A DNA stretch of 64,000 bases, from contig QGNP01000002.1 of assembly GCA_003228125.1 (NCBI GenBank), positions 64,880-128,879 of the forward strand, read 5' to 3'. Of this stretch, positions 48,780 to 58,219 are shown in pieces. The DNA is from Chloroflexota bacterium. GTDB taxonomy: Bacteria; Chloroflexota; Dehalococcoidia; UBA2979. The notes beneath the pieces were generated by a model. That model was not told the DNA's origin. It ran no database searches and was given only the letters and a program-made list of their open reading frames with translations. The translations under genes and the position numbers were made by a program. Numbering within the stretch: position 1 is the stretch's first letter; every line of letters begins with the position of its first letter.

Positions 48780-49943
48780 TTATAACACTGCTTTTTTAAA
48801 ACTTAGCACTCTTTTTTTCAATAAAAAAAGAATAACTAACAACGCAGAGAATGGAAAAAAAGCGCCAGCAATAAAAATACTGGTAACTCCAAATTGAGTT
48901 GCAATTAATCCCAAACCAACACCACTTATTACAATGCCGACATCCCAAGCCAACTGAACAACTGCAGTTGCTCCTCCTTGTTCATTTAGTGAAACTCTAT
49001 CTAAAGCTAATGCAAATAAACCTGTATTAGATAAAGAAACTCCTAGTCCAGAAAATAACCCAACAATGATCATTCCGCTATTAGTAGAAATCATTGATAA
49101 GCTTATCATAGCTACTGTCATGCATGTCATTCCTACAATGACAATGGGAATGCGGCCAAATAAATCACCTGCTTTTCCTCCCAGTGGTCTAGCTAATATA
49201 GAAACACCACCATGAGCAATAAAAAAGAACGACACTTGCGTTATGTTTCTTTCAGTAGCCAAAAGAGGTATAAAAGCACAACAAGCAGCAAAACATAGTG
49301 TGATAGAAAAAAATAATGCAGCAGGTAAAATAGCATTTTTAGGAATTAATGAAGTATGATTCATCTTCGTTTGTTTAGGAATTTGCGGTTCCTTGACGAA
49401 ATGAATTAACCCTAAAGAATAAATAGCTGTAAATGCAGACAATAGAAAAACAGCTTCGTAACTATATTGATTTAAAACAAAAGCCCCTACTGCAGGACCT
49501 ACAGCTTGTCCAAGGCTAGAAGTGATACCAAAATATCCAAGTCCTTCACCTCTTCTTGAAAATGGTGTTATATTTGCAATCAGAGTTCCACTAGCAGTAG
49601 GTATGGTAGCAGAACCAATTCCTTGAATGAAACGTAAAATAAATAAAGCCATAATTGTTTTTGAAAATGACATTAATACATAAACAATAACAAGGCTTAT
49701 TAAACCAATGCGTATTAATAATTTTTTATTTGAAAAATTACTAAATCTTCCTACATACAACCTAAGTACTAATGGCAAGTATCCCCATGCACCTACAACA
49801 AGGCCAACTTGGAACGGAGACCCGCCAATTTCACTGATATAGTTTGGCAAAACAGTCACTAGATAAAATGCACCTGAAAAAAAAGAAAAAGATGTTAACA
49901 GTGTTAGTGCAAAATCAATTGTCCATAATCGATTATTTGTCAC
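48780..49943 (-). CDS. MFS transporter
   Basis: 12 hydrophobic segments with the loop GRFSNFSNKK. Confidence 0.75.
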   Translation of the reverse strand: MTNNRLWTIDFALTLLTSFSFFSGAFYLVTVLPNYISEIGGSPFQVGLVVGAWGYLPLVLRLYVGRFSNFSNKKLLIRIGLISLVIVYVLMSFSKTIMALFILRFIQGIGSATIPTASGTLIANITPFSRRGEGLGYFGITSSLGQAVGPAVGAFVLNQYSYEAVFLLSAFTAIYSLGLIHFVKEPQIPKQTKMNHTSLIPKNAILPAALFFSITLCFAACCAFIPLLATERNITQVSFFFIAHGGVSILARPLGGKAGDLFGRIPIVIVGMTCMTVAMISLSMISTNSGMIIVGLFSGLGVSLSNTGLFALALDRVSLNEQGGATAVVQLAWDVGIVISGVGLGLIATQFGVTSIFIAGAFFPFSALLVILFLLKKRVLSFKKAVL

Positions 49944-50022
49944 AAATACTCATTTCAAAAAAAATAGGTGATAAAAGATAATTATGTATTCATGAAGAAC
50001 GGAAGTCAAACTAAATATTGAT

Positions 50023-51312
50023 TTAGTCAATGTTTGTTAAAAATTCATATAAAATTTTAATACCTAATAATAAATTATCAATAGAAATCTTTTCATCTAT
50101 GCCATGTATTCCTAGTAAATCTTGTTTAGTCACTAATATTGGAATGAACCCATACGCAGGAATATTCATCTCGCGAAAAATTCTTGAGTCTGTAAATCCA
50201 GAAGTAACATATGGCACAACAATTGCATTTGGGACGATTTTTTTTATAGATTGATTAATTGCTTCATAATACTTGTTGTTAATAGAAGATGTTTTAGTAG
50301 ACGAATGAAAAATAGTCTTAATAACAACAGTTGGGTCATTGATAATTAATTGCAAATCAGAGATAAACTGACTCGCAGAATAACCAGGTACTAATCTTAT
50401 GTCCAGTGATGCAGATGCAGTAGAAGGTACCACATTATTTTTATAACCAGCATCAATCCTTGTAATGGCTATTGTATTAGTTAGAATAGAATTTGCAAAT
50501 TTATCTTTATTTCTAATGTCATTTAAAAAAGTATTATCGATATTTACATCAATCATTCCCGCTTGATGTAAATATCGATAATACTGTTCTACTTCTTTTG
50601 ATAATTGTAAAGAATGATTTGATTCTATGATTTTCTGTAATGTTAATATTAATTTATATGTTGAGCTTTGAAAATTTTGCTTTGATCCATGACCTGATTC
50701 TGCATTAATAATAATTTTAAGCCAAAGAGGGCTTTTTTCAGAAATGCCAATATTAAAAATATTTTCTTGTTTATTAAAAGCATTAAAGGTTCCTATTCCT
50801 CCCTCATTAATAACTAAATCTGCATCCAAAACTTCTTTATGATTTTTCAATAAAAAATTAACACCTTGTTTCGAACCTGATTCTTCGTCAGCTGTTGCAA
50901 GAAATATTACATTATTTTTTTTATAATTATTCCTTTTTAATAATATAAGTGTCATTAATTCAATGATTGCCATGCCTTTCATATCCAAGGCTCCTCTGCC
51001 ACACACATAGCCATCACGAATAACTCCAGAAAATGGATCGTCTTTCCACTCTTCAGAAGATGCAGGAACAACATCAATATGATTTAAAAGAATAATTTTA
51101 CTTTTCTTTTGTAAGTCTTTATTAATTTGAGTAATAAAATTTGCTCTTTTATCATCAGTCAACATTAAGGAATAATCTAAATTTTCATTTTCAGCAATGC
51201 TTGCAAGCCAATTACATCCTTTTACTTCATCTCCAGGCGGATTTATTGTGCATACTTGTATATATTCCGAAAGCATCTTAGAAGCTTCCTGTTTAATTAT
51301 TTCCCAATTCAT
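50023..51312 (-). CDS. M20-family metallopeptidase/deacylase
   Basis: NHIDVV, GRGALDMKG and ADEESG motifs characteristic of M20 (ArgE/DapE/CPG2). Confidence 0.7.
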   Translation of the reverse strand: MNWEIIKQEASKMLSEYIQVCTINPPGDEVKGCNWLASIAENENLDYSLMLTDDKRANFITQINKDLQKKSKIILLNHIDVVPASSEEWKDDPFSGVIRDGYVCGRGALDMKGMAIIELMTLILLKRNNYKKNNVIFLATADEESGSKQGVNFLLKNHKEVLDADLVINEGGIGTFNAFNKQENIFNIGISEKSPLWLKIIINAESGHGSKQNFQSSTYKLILTLQKIIESNHSLQLSKEVEQYYRYLHQAGMIDVNIDNTFLNDIRNKDKFANSILTNTIAITRIDAGYKNNVVPSTASASLDIRLVPGYSASQFISDLQLIINDPTVVIKTIFHSSTKTSSINNKYYEAINQSIKKIVPNAIVVPYVTSGFTDSRIFREMNIPAYGFIPILVTKQDLLGIHGIDEKISIDNLLLGIKILYEFLTNID

Positions 51313-51337
51313 TAATGCTCTTTAATAATAATTATAA

Positions 51338-52738
51338 TTAATTACGAATAATCAGTATCGCCTGATTATTCCTCTTCAAATTAATAATAATTCCTTGTTT
51401 TTTATTTCGAGCAGCAACAAACATTTCTTCGGTATTATTAACTGATTTTTGATTTATAGCTTGAATTAAATCTCCAGCTTGCAGACCTATTCGATATGCA
51501 TTTGAATTAATTTCTACAGATAAAATCTCTATTCCATTAGATACTGTTTTAAATATAGCACCATTTAAAACAGCAACATCTAGAGGAGGGCTAATTCCAA
51601 ATAGTAACGCTTCGTCCTGTTCTCTAATTGCTTGAATAATAAGTAATTTCTTCATTTTCCGTTTATCGCGCAAAAGCATAATACTGATTTCTTCTCCAAC
51701 TCTAAAAGTGCTTAATTTGCTATTGAAATCTGAAGGATTTGAAATATCAAAATCATTCATTGCAATAATTAAATCTCCCTTCATTAATCCAGCAATTTGA
51801 CTAACTGAATCCTGCAATATTTTTTCAATTACAACACCTTCTAAAGAAAAACGTTCATCGGCATGAATTTTTCGAACAACAAGGCCTAGGGTGCCTCTTT
51901 TAATTTCTCCAAATTCTATTAATTGATCAGCAATTTTCTTTGTTACATCTACTGGAATTGCAAAACCAATACCTACGCTAGAACCTTTGCTAGAAAAAAT
52001 TGCCGTATTAATACCTATTAACTGCCCCTTTAAATCAACTAAAGCACCTCCGGAATTTCCAGGATTAATAGATGCATCAGTTTGAATCAATCTTTCATAG
52101 CCATCACTAATGTTGCTATTAGCTCTTTCAAGTGCACTGACAATTCCATAAGTCACAGTATGCCCAAGCCCAAATGGATTGCCAATTGCAATAACATGAT
52201 CTCCTACTTGAACTTGTGAATTGATTGCTAATGAAACTTGCATTAAATTATCACTGTCTATTTGCAATACAGCTAAATCAATTTCAGGATCAGACCCAAC
52301 AAGTTCTGCTAACAATTTACGTTCGTCAAATAAGGTTACAAAAATTTGATCTGCGTCTTTTACTACGTGATAATTTGTTAAAATATATCCATTCATAGCA
52401 TCATAAACTACGCCTGAACCAATGCTTTGCACTTCTTTCTCAATCATCATATTATTTCGAAAAATATTATTAAAAAAAGGATCTTGAAAAAAGGGATTAT
52501 TATTAAAAGCCACGTTCCCTTTAGTGGTTATATTAACTACTGATGGATTGACCTTTTTGATTATTGGGGCTAAAGATATAGGTTCTATCATTACATTTGA
52601 TATAGCAGGGTTTGTTTGTTGCAGTAATTCGTCGCCAGATTCATAAAAATGAAACTTGTATTGATTTAATATAAGTCCAACTATTAATATAAGTATTACT
52701 GCATTCAAAGAATATAACAATTTAATTTTTTGATCCAT
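51338..52738 (-). CDS. htrA: HtrA/DegP serine protease with two PDZ domains
   Basis: Catalytic blocks TNYHVV, DLAVLQI and GNSGGAL, N-terminal TM, two PDZ-like regions. Confidence 0.9.
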   Translation of the reverse strand: MDQKIKLLYSLNAVILILIVGLILNQYKFHFYESGDELLQQTNPAISNVMIEPISLAPIIKKVNPSVVNITTKGNVAFNNNPFFQDPFFNNIFRNNMMIEKEVQSIGSGVVYDAMNGYILTNYHVVKDADQIFVTLFDERKLLAELVGSDPEIDLAVLQIDSDNLMQVSLAINSQVQVGDHVIAIGNPFGLGHTVTYGIVSALERANSNISDGYERLIQTDASINPGNSGGALVDLKGQLIGINTAIFSSKGSSVGIGFAIPVDVTKKIADQLIEFGEIKRGTLGLVVRKIHADERFSLEGVVIEKILQDSVSQIAGLMKGDLIIAMNDFDISNPSDFNSKLSTFRVGEEISIMLLRDKRKMKKLLIIQAIREQDEALLFGISPPLDVAVLNGAIFKTVSNGIEILSVEINSNAYRIGLQAGDLIQAINQKSVNNTEEMFVAARNKKQGIIINLKRNNQAILIIRN

Positions 52739-52760
52739 TGCTTACTGCTTTCATACAATA

Positions 52761-52857
52761 TGGCGAGAATGCGCAGGAGTCGAACCTACCCAAGCTTGCT
52801 TAGCAAGCTTGCATTAGTTTTGAAGACTAAGAGTGCCACCGGACACTATCCATTCTC
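52761..52857 (-). tRNA. selC: tRNA-Sec (anticodon TCA)
   Basis: Folded by hand: anticodon arm TTAGT-CTTCAAA-ACTAA, 6-bp D stem AGTGTC/GGCACT with 4-nt loop CGGT, long variable arm (CAAGCTTGC-TAA-GCAAGCTTG), T arm GTAGG-TTCGACT-CCTGC, 7-8 bp acceptor, G discriminator, CCA. Confidence 0.85.
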
Positions 52858-52926
52858 AAAAAACTTTTTACCTATTAAAATATATGATACTATCAAGATA
52901 ATTAAAATCAATTATTAAGTTGCATT

Positions 52927-53385
52927 ATGTCCGATGAAGATCAATCAGTTGAAAAAGTTTCAGATTCTGATAGATCCCAGGCTTCTGAGAAAAACACTGC
53001 TAAAATGTGGAAATTTGTAAAAAAATTTGCAGAGAAAAGCGGTAGCTTCTTGCATCCTCAAAAAGACATAACTGAGTTCCTAGTTATTGGTCTTGCAAAG
53101 CATATAGATGAATTAGGTAGGCCTCTTTGCCCATGTAACTTTTATGAAAATAAAGAAGAAGAAGTAAAAAAAAGCACATGGATATGCCCATGTGACGAAA
53201 TGCAAAAATGGAAATATTGTCACTGAATGCTTTTTTGTAATGAGGAAGGTCTTCCCATCACCGAACACTTACCAGACGACCATGAAGGAAAAGAAATTTA
53301 TGGAATTATTAAAGATATTCTGCCTGATAAAGGCAGAGTACTAACAAGGCTCAGTAAACAACAAGGTCGAGAAATAAACAAATAA
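52927..53385 (+). CDS. Ferredoxin:thioredoxin reductase catalytic-subunit homologue, predicted selenoprotein (UGA at 53224-53226 read as Sec)
   Basis: CPC-x16-CPC-x8-CH[TGA]MLF. The frame stays open and FTR-like after the TGA until TAA at 53383-53385. selC lies 70 nt upstream and a SECIS-like hairpin lies downstream. Confidence 0.75.
53240..53258 (+). promoter_or_regulatory. Candidate bacterial SECIS hairpin
   Basis: AUG-A-GGAA-GGUC-UUCC-CAU: 7 bp with a bulged A on the 5' side and a GGUC apical loop. It starts 13 nt after the UGA. Confidence 0.55.
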
Positions 53386-53390
53386 ATTAT

Positions 53391-53714
53391 TTATAAAACA
53401 AGATCAATTTCTTTTGCTAATGCTTGCTTTGGCTTGAATCCTACAATTTGACCAACTTGATTTCCATCTTTAAAAATTAAAAGTGTTGGTATAGATCTGA
53501 TTCCATACTTGCCGGCAATATTAGGATTATCATCAGTATTTAATTTATAAAACTTAACTTTGCCTTCGTAATCATTTGCTAGTTCCTCTACGACTGGAGC
53601 AACCATTCTGCATGGACCGCACCAAGGTGCCCAAAAATCAACAAGCACGGGTAAATCTGAAGCAATCACATCGCTGTCAAAAGTGTTATCTGAAGTATCC
53701 ACTGGCTTTGACAA
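53391..53714 (-). CDS. trxA: Thioredoxin
   Basis: WAPWCGPCR active site, 107 aa. Confidence 0.95.
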   Translation of the reverse strand: MSKPVDTSDNTFDSDVIASDLPVLVDFWAPWCGPCRMVAPVVEELANDYEGKVKFYKLNTDDNPNIAGKYGIRSIPTLLIFKDGNQVGQIVGFKPKQALAKEIDLVL

Positions 53715-53765
53715 AATAGACTCCTTTTAAATTAAAATATTTAATTATAAGAATAATATCATCTT

Positions 53766-54791
53766 TTATATTATATTTCTAGTATTGACTATATTTTTTG
53801 CAACAGATTCCTTTAAGGACTCAAATAATTGACTATTAACACCTAAGACAGCTGCTTTAACAGCATTTTTTACTGTTGCTTGATCGCTTTTTCCATGTCC
53901 AACATATACTAGGCCATTGACACCTAATAAAGGTACGGCTCCATACTGGCGATAGTCGAGTCTTTTATAAATATTCTTTAAGGATGACTTAAGTAAAAAT
54001 AAACCAAATATAGATTTTAGGCTTTTTTTTGATTCTAGAATTAGACTTCCTCTAATTAATTCAGCTAAGCCTTCAATAGATTTTAATGCAATATTACCAG
54101 TAAATCCGTCAGTAACAATAACATCTACATCTTTATCATTTGTTAAATCATTGCCCTCAATGTTACCAATAAAACCAGAGCAATGTTCTAAAAGAAAATT
54201 ATAGGCTTCCAAAGACAATGAATTTCCTTTAGATGGCTCTTCACCAATAGAAAGAAGCCCTATTTTGACATTTTTTTTTGAAAAAATAGTTTTGATATAT
54301 TGTTCACCTAATAAAGCAAAATGTAAATAATGTTCTTTTTTTGCATCTGCATTTGCTCCTCCATCAATGAGTATTTTAACTCCATTCTTAGATGGCATAG
54401 GAATTGCAAATCCTGGCCTACTAACACCTTTAATTCTACCTAAAATTGTTAAAGAATTTGCAAGAATAGCCCCAGAATTACCAATAGATATAAATGCATC
54501 AGCATCATTTTTTTTAATTAATTCGATGCCCTTATACATAGATGAATTTTTATCTGAACGAAAGTCAGCTATTTTTGCATCCATCTTAATAAAACTAGAT
54601 GCATGGACAATATGGACACATTGAGGATATTTATTTTTTTTAAATTTCATTTTTTCTAAAATCAAATTTTCTTCGCCTACTAAAAAAATAGAGAACGAGC
54701 CATCTAAATCATCTAAGGCATCTAAGGCACCATAGATATTCACATCTATGTCTAAGTCACCAGCCATTACATCAATTGCAATATTAATCAT
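53766..54791 (-). CDS. plsX: Phosphate acyltransferase PlsX
   Basis: IAIDVMAGD N-terminus and FTGNIALK motif. Confidence 0.9.
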   Translation of the reverse strand: MINIAIDVMAGDLDIDVNIYGALDALDDLDGSFSIFLVGEENLILEKMKFKKNKYPQCVHIVHASSFIKMDAKIADFRSDKNSSMYKGIELIKKNDADAFISIGNSGAILANSLTILGRIKGVSRPGFAIPMPSKNGVKILIDGGANADAKKEHYLHFALLGEQYIKTIFSKKNVKIGLLSIGEEPSKGNSLSLEAYNFLLEHCSGFIGNIEGNDLTNDKDVDVIVTDGFTGNIALKSIEGLAELIRGSLILESKKSLKSIFGLFLLKSSLKNIYKRLDYRQYGAVPLLGVNGLVYVGHGKSDQATVKNAVKAAVLGVNSQLFESLKESVAKNIVNTRNII

Positions 54792-54855
54792 TAATAAAGT
54801 TTAACCTACAAATTATTCAAATAAAATTGCTATTATCATATTATAATAAAAAACA

Positions 54856-55716
54856 TTGATAATTAAGAAAAATAAGCTGATGGACTGTCAGATAAAAAAA
54901 CAAAACATTGATGAAATATTATTTTATTTAAAAAAAGAAAAAGTATATTCCATTTATTGTTTATGGGTTTTAGAAAATTTTCCAAGTAACCAGTTTAATT
55001 TATACTACATAATTGATAAAAAATTGAACTTTGGAATGGTTATCAGCAATTTTACAAAAAAAAAATTTTTATTTCTAGCAGGAAAAGAATCGTTAGTGCA
55101 AAAAATAATTAATACAATTAATCTTCCCAAAAAAAATTACCTGTTAACAGCATCACCAAGATACTTACCTTTAATCAAGAAAAAATTTATTATCAAAGAA
55201 TACAACCATCAATATCGAATGGCAGTTACAAATGAAACATTTCATGAATTTAAAAATAAGTCAGATTACGTAATAAAAAAAATGACTACTTCGGATATTA
55301 ATGCAATGCATGAATTTTATCTACATGCAAATCAAGAAATCAATTTTGATCAACAACTGACTGAACAAGGAGCATTTTATGGAGCATTCATAGAAAATAA
55401 ATTGATTGGATGTGCTGGAACACATTTTATTGATAAAATATATGAACATGCAGAAATAGGAAACATTTATACTGATAAAAATTATAGGGGTCAAGGCATT
55501 GCTTCTGCTTTAACAAGCTTAGTAACAAAATGCTTAATAAATAAAAAAATAACAAAAATATCTTTATCAGTAAATATTGATAACAAAATAGCATGTAGAA
55601 TATATAAAAAATTAGGATATCAAATAGTAGCAAAGAATATAGAAGGAATCATTGTAAAAAAAAATATCCTAGATATATCGGAGCATTTGTATAAATATAT
55701 TAGAATAAAAAAATAA
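54856..55716 (+). CDS. GNAT-family N-acetyltransferase with an N-terminal accessory domain
   Basis: Acetyl-CoA loop YRGQGIASAL. TTG start in the track; first ATG at 54880. Confidence 0.6.
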   Translation: MIIKKNKLMDCQIKKQNIDEILFYLKKEKVYSIYCLWVLENFPSNQFNLYYIIDKKLNFGMVISNFTKKKFLFLAGKESLVQKIINTINLPKKNYLLTASPRYLPLIKKKFIIKEYNHQYRMAVTNETFHEFKNKSDYVIKKMTTSDINAMHEFYLHANQEINFDQQLTEQGAFYGAFIENKLIGCAGTHFIDKIYEHAEIGNIYTDKNYRGQGIASALTSLVTKCLINKKITKISLSVNIDNKIACRIYKKLGYQIVAKNIEGIIVKKNILDISEHLYKYIRIKK

Positions 55717-55733
55717 GGAAAAGGTTTAATTAT

Positions 55734-56981
55734 ATGTTAGGTGATATTAAAGATATAAGTCTCGCTTCAAACGGATCTAAGGCTATTGAATGGGCTGCAA
55801 GAGAAATGCCAGTTTTAATGCAAATCAAGAAAAGATTTTCATCAAAAAAAATATTTAAAAATGTCAATATTGCTTGTTGCTTACATGTTACTTCTGAAAC
55901 AGCTAATTTATTAATCACATTAAAAGAAAGTGGTGCAAATGTACAATTGTGTGCATCAAATCCTTTGTCAACTCAAGATAATGTTGCAGCTGCGTTATTA
56001 GCAAAATATAAAATACCAACTTTTGCTATTCGAGGTGAAAGTAATAAAATATACAATGAACATTTAAAAAAAGTTGCTTCTATGCAACCAGAAATTATCA
56101 TCGATGATGGTGCAGATCTTGCATCATTAATAATAAAAAGCCAAAAAAAATATTCTACTAAATTAATTGGAGGCACAGAAGAAACAACAACAGGAGTGAC
56201 TAGACTCAAAGCAATGGCTATGAAAAATAATCTAACTTTCCCAGTAATTGCAGTAAATGAAGCAAAAACTAAATATCTTTTTGATAATAGGTTTGGAACT
56301 GGTCAATCCACTTTAGATGGAATCATACGAGCAACTGACACTCTGCTAGCTGGTAAAAAATTTGTTGTTTGTGGTTATGGTTGGTGCGGAAGAGGCATAG
56401 CAAGCAGAGCAAGAGGCATGGGAGCACAAGTGATTGTCACAGAAATTGATCCATTAAAAGCACTGGAGGCTGTAATGGAAGGTTTTGAGGTTATGCCAAT
56501 TATGCAAGCTGCTTTAAGCGGTGATATTTTTGTCACTGCAACAGGAAATATAAATGTAATTGATAAAGAATCATTAACAAAAATGAAAGATGGAGCTATG
56601 TTGGCAAATTCTGGTCATTTTGATTGTGAAATAAACTTACAAGAATTACAGAACATGTCTAAAAAAATTAATAAAGTAAATGAGCATATTCAAGAATTTG
56701 TAATAACAAATAATAAAAAACTTCTTCTCATTTCTGAAGGAAGATTAGTCAATTTAGGAGCAGCAACTGGGCATCCTGCCTCTGTCATGGATATGTCCTT
56801 TGCTAATCAAGCTTTATCTGCAGAATACATTTTAAAAAATAAGGATAAACTTTTAACTAGGGTTTATGATGTGCCAGAAAAAATAGATAATGAAATTGCT
56901 AAATTAAAATTAAAGGCCATGCATATTAATATTGACAATTTATCCAATGAACAAAAAAAATATTTAGAATCATGGGAATAG
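55734..56981 (+). CDS. ahcY: Adenosylhomocysteinase
   Basis: GYGWCGRG NAD motif, short (about 415 aa) form, adjacent to metK. Confidence 0.95.
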   Translation: MLGDIKDISLASNGSKAIEWAAREMPVLMQIKKRFSSKKIFKNVNIACCLHVTSETANLLITLKESGANVQLCASNPLSTQDNVAAALLAKYKIPTFAIRGESNKIYNEHLKKVASMQPEIIIDDGADLASLIIKSQKKYSTKLIGGTEETTTGVTRLKAMAMKNNLTFPVIAVNEAKTKYLFDNRFGTGQSTLDGIIRATDTLLAGKKFVVCGYGWCGRGIASRARGMGAQVIVTEIDPLKALEAVMEGFEVMPIMQAALSGDIFVTATGNINVIDKESLTKMKDGAMLANSGHFDCEINLQELQNMSKKINKVNEHIQEFVITNNKKLLLISEGRLVNLGAATGHPASVMDMSFANQALSAEYILKNKDKLLTRVYDVPEKIDNEIAKLKLKAMHINIDNLSNEQKKYLESWE

Positions 56982-56984
56982 ATA

Positions 56985-58196
56985 ATGGATTTTAAAAACA
57001 ATAATGAATCATACTCATTAACAAGCGAATCAGTGACAGAAGGGCATCCCGATAAAGTATGCGATCAAATTTCTGATTCAATTTTAGATAAAATTCTTTC
57101 AACTGATCCAGACGCTAAAGTAGCAATTGAAACTAGCATCAGTCATGGATTAATCGTACTTTTTGGAGAGATTACTTCTAAATCTAAACATGATTATGAA
57201 AAAATAGCAAAAGATACTTTATTAAAAATAGGATATGTCAGTAAAATAAGTGGATTTGATTATAATAATTGTAAAATAATTTCAAATATACATGAGCAAT
57301 CTAAGGACATTGAAGCAGGAGTAAGCAATGCTTTAGAATCCAGGAACTTAAAAAATATTTCTGATAAATACAATCAACAAGGAGCCGGAGATCAAGGCAT
57401 TGTATTTGGATTTGCATGCAGTGAAACAGATTCATTATTGCCATTGCCAATTTATTTAGCTCATAAACTAACGAAGCGATTAGCTTTCATTAGGCATGAA
57501 AATATAACAGATTTTCTGCTACCTGATGGCAAAGCCCAAGTAACAATTCAATATTACTCAGGTATTCCAAAATCAATAGAAAATATTATTATATCTACTC
57601 AACATAAAGAACATGTTCAACAAAAAACACTTGAACAAATCATGAGAAAAGAAGTAATTGATAAAGTCATTCCTGAAAAATTACTTAAAAATTCCCCAAA
57701 TTTATCCATAAACATTAATCCATCAGGCAAATTTGTCAAAGGAGGACCTGAAGCAGATGCTGGATTAACTGGAAGAAAAATCATAGTAGACACATATGGG
57801 GGCAGCGCTAAACATGGAGGTGGTGCTTTTAGTGGCAAGGATCCTTCAAAAGTTGATCGATCTGGAGCATACATGGCAAGATACATCGCAAAAAATTTAG
57901 TTGCTGCAAAATTAGTAAGTAAAATTGAAATACAAATATCATATGGAATAGGTATGGCTAACCCAATATCAATATATGCCGAATGTTTTAATACAAATAC
58001 AGTTTCCCAACAAAAAATTAATGAAATTATTCACAAATGCTTTGATTGTCGGCCAGCAGCGATCATTGAAAATTTTAACTTAAAAAAACCAATGTATGCA
58101 CAATTAGCAGCATATGGACATTTTGGGAGAGAAGAACTCAATTTACCTTGGGAAAAATTAAACAAAATTGAAGAGATTATACAAGCAACTACTTAA
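56985..58196 (+). CDS. metK: S-adenosylmethionine synthase
   Basis: SESVTEGHPDK, GAGDQG and GGGAFSGKD motifs. Confidence 0.95.
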   Translation: MDFKNNNESYSLTSESVTEGHPDKVCDQISDSILDKILSTDPDAKVAIETSISHGLIVLFGEITSKSKHDYEKIAKDTLLKIGYVSKISGFDYNNCKIISNIHEQSKDIEAGVSNALESRNLKNISDKYNQQGAGDQGIVFGFACSETDSLLPLPIYLAHKLTKRLAFIRHENITDFLLPDGKAQVTIQYYSGIPKSIENIIISTQHKEHVQQKTLEQIMRKEVIDKVIPEKLLKNSPNLSININPSGKFVKGGPEADAGLTGRKIIVDTYGGSAKHGGGAFSGKDPSKVDRSGAYMARYIAKNLVAAKLVSKIEIQISYGIGMANPISIYAECFNTNTVSQQKINEIIHKCFDCRPAAIIENFNLKKPMYAQLAAYGHFGREELNLPWEKLNKIEEIIQATT

Positions 58197-58219
58197 TTTT
58201 AATTCTGTATCATATATTC

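Noticed and set aside
52730-52918. 62-aa ORF on the + strand in the six-frame track
   Set aside because: It lies entirely antisense to and across the tRNA-Sec gene and the htrA start, and has no coding features. It is a shadow ORF.
53224-53226. The TGA considered as a genuine stop producing a 99-aa truncated FTR-like protein plus an unrelated downstream region
   Set aside because: Termination would remove one of the two redox-active cysteines and the conserved MLF continuation, which is nevertheless encoded in frame. The adjacent selC and a SECIS-like hairpin argue for recoding. This is kept as the null hypothesis in the finding.
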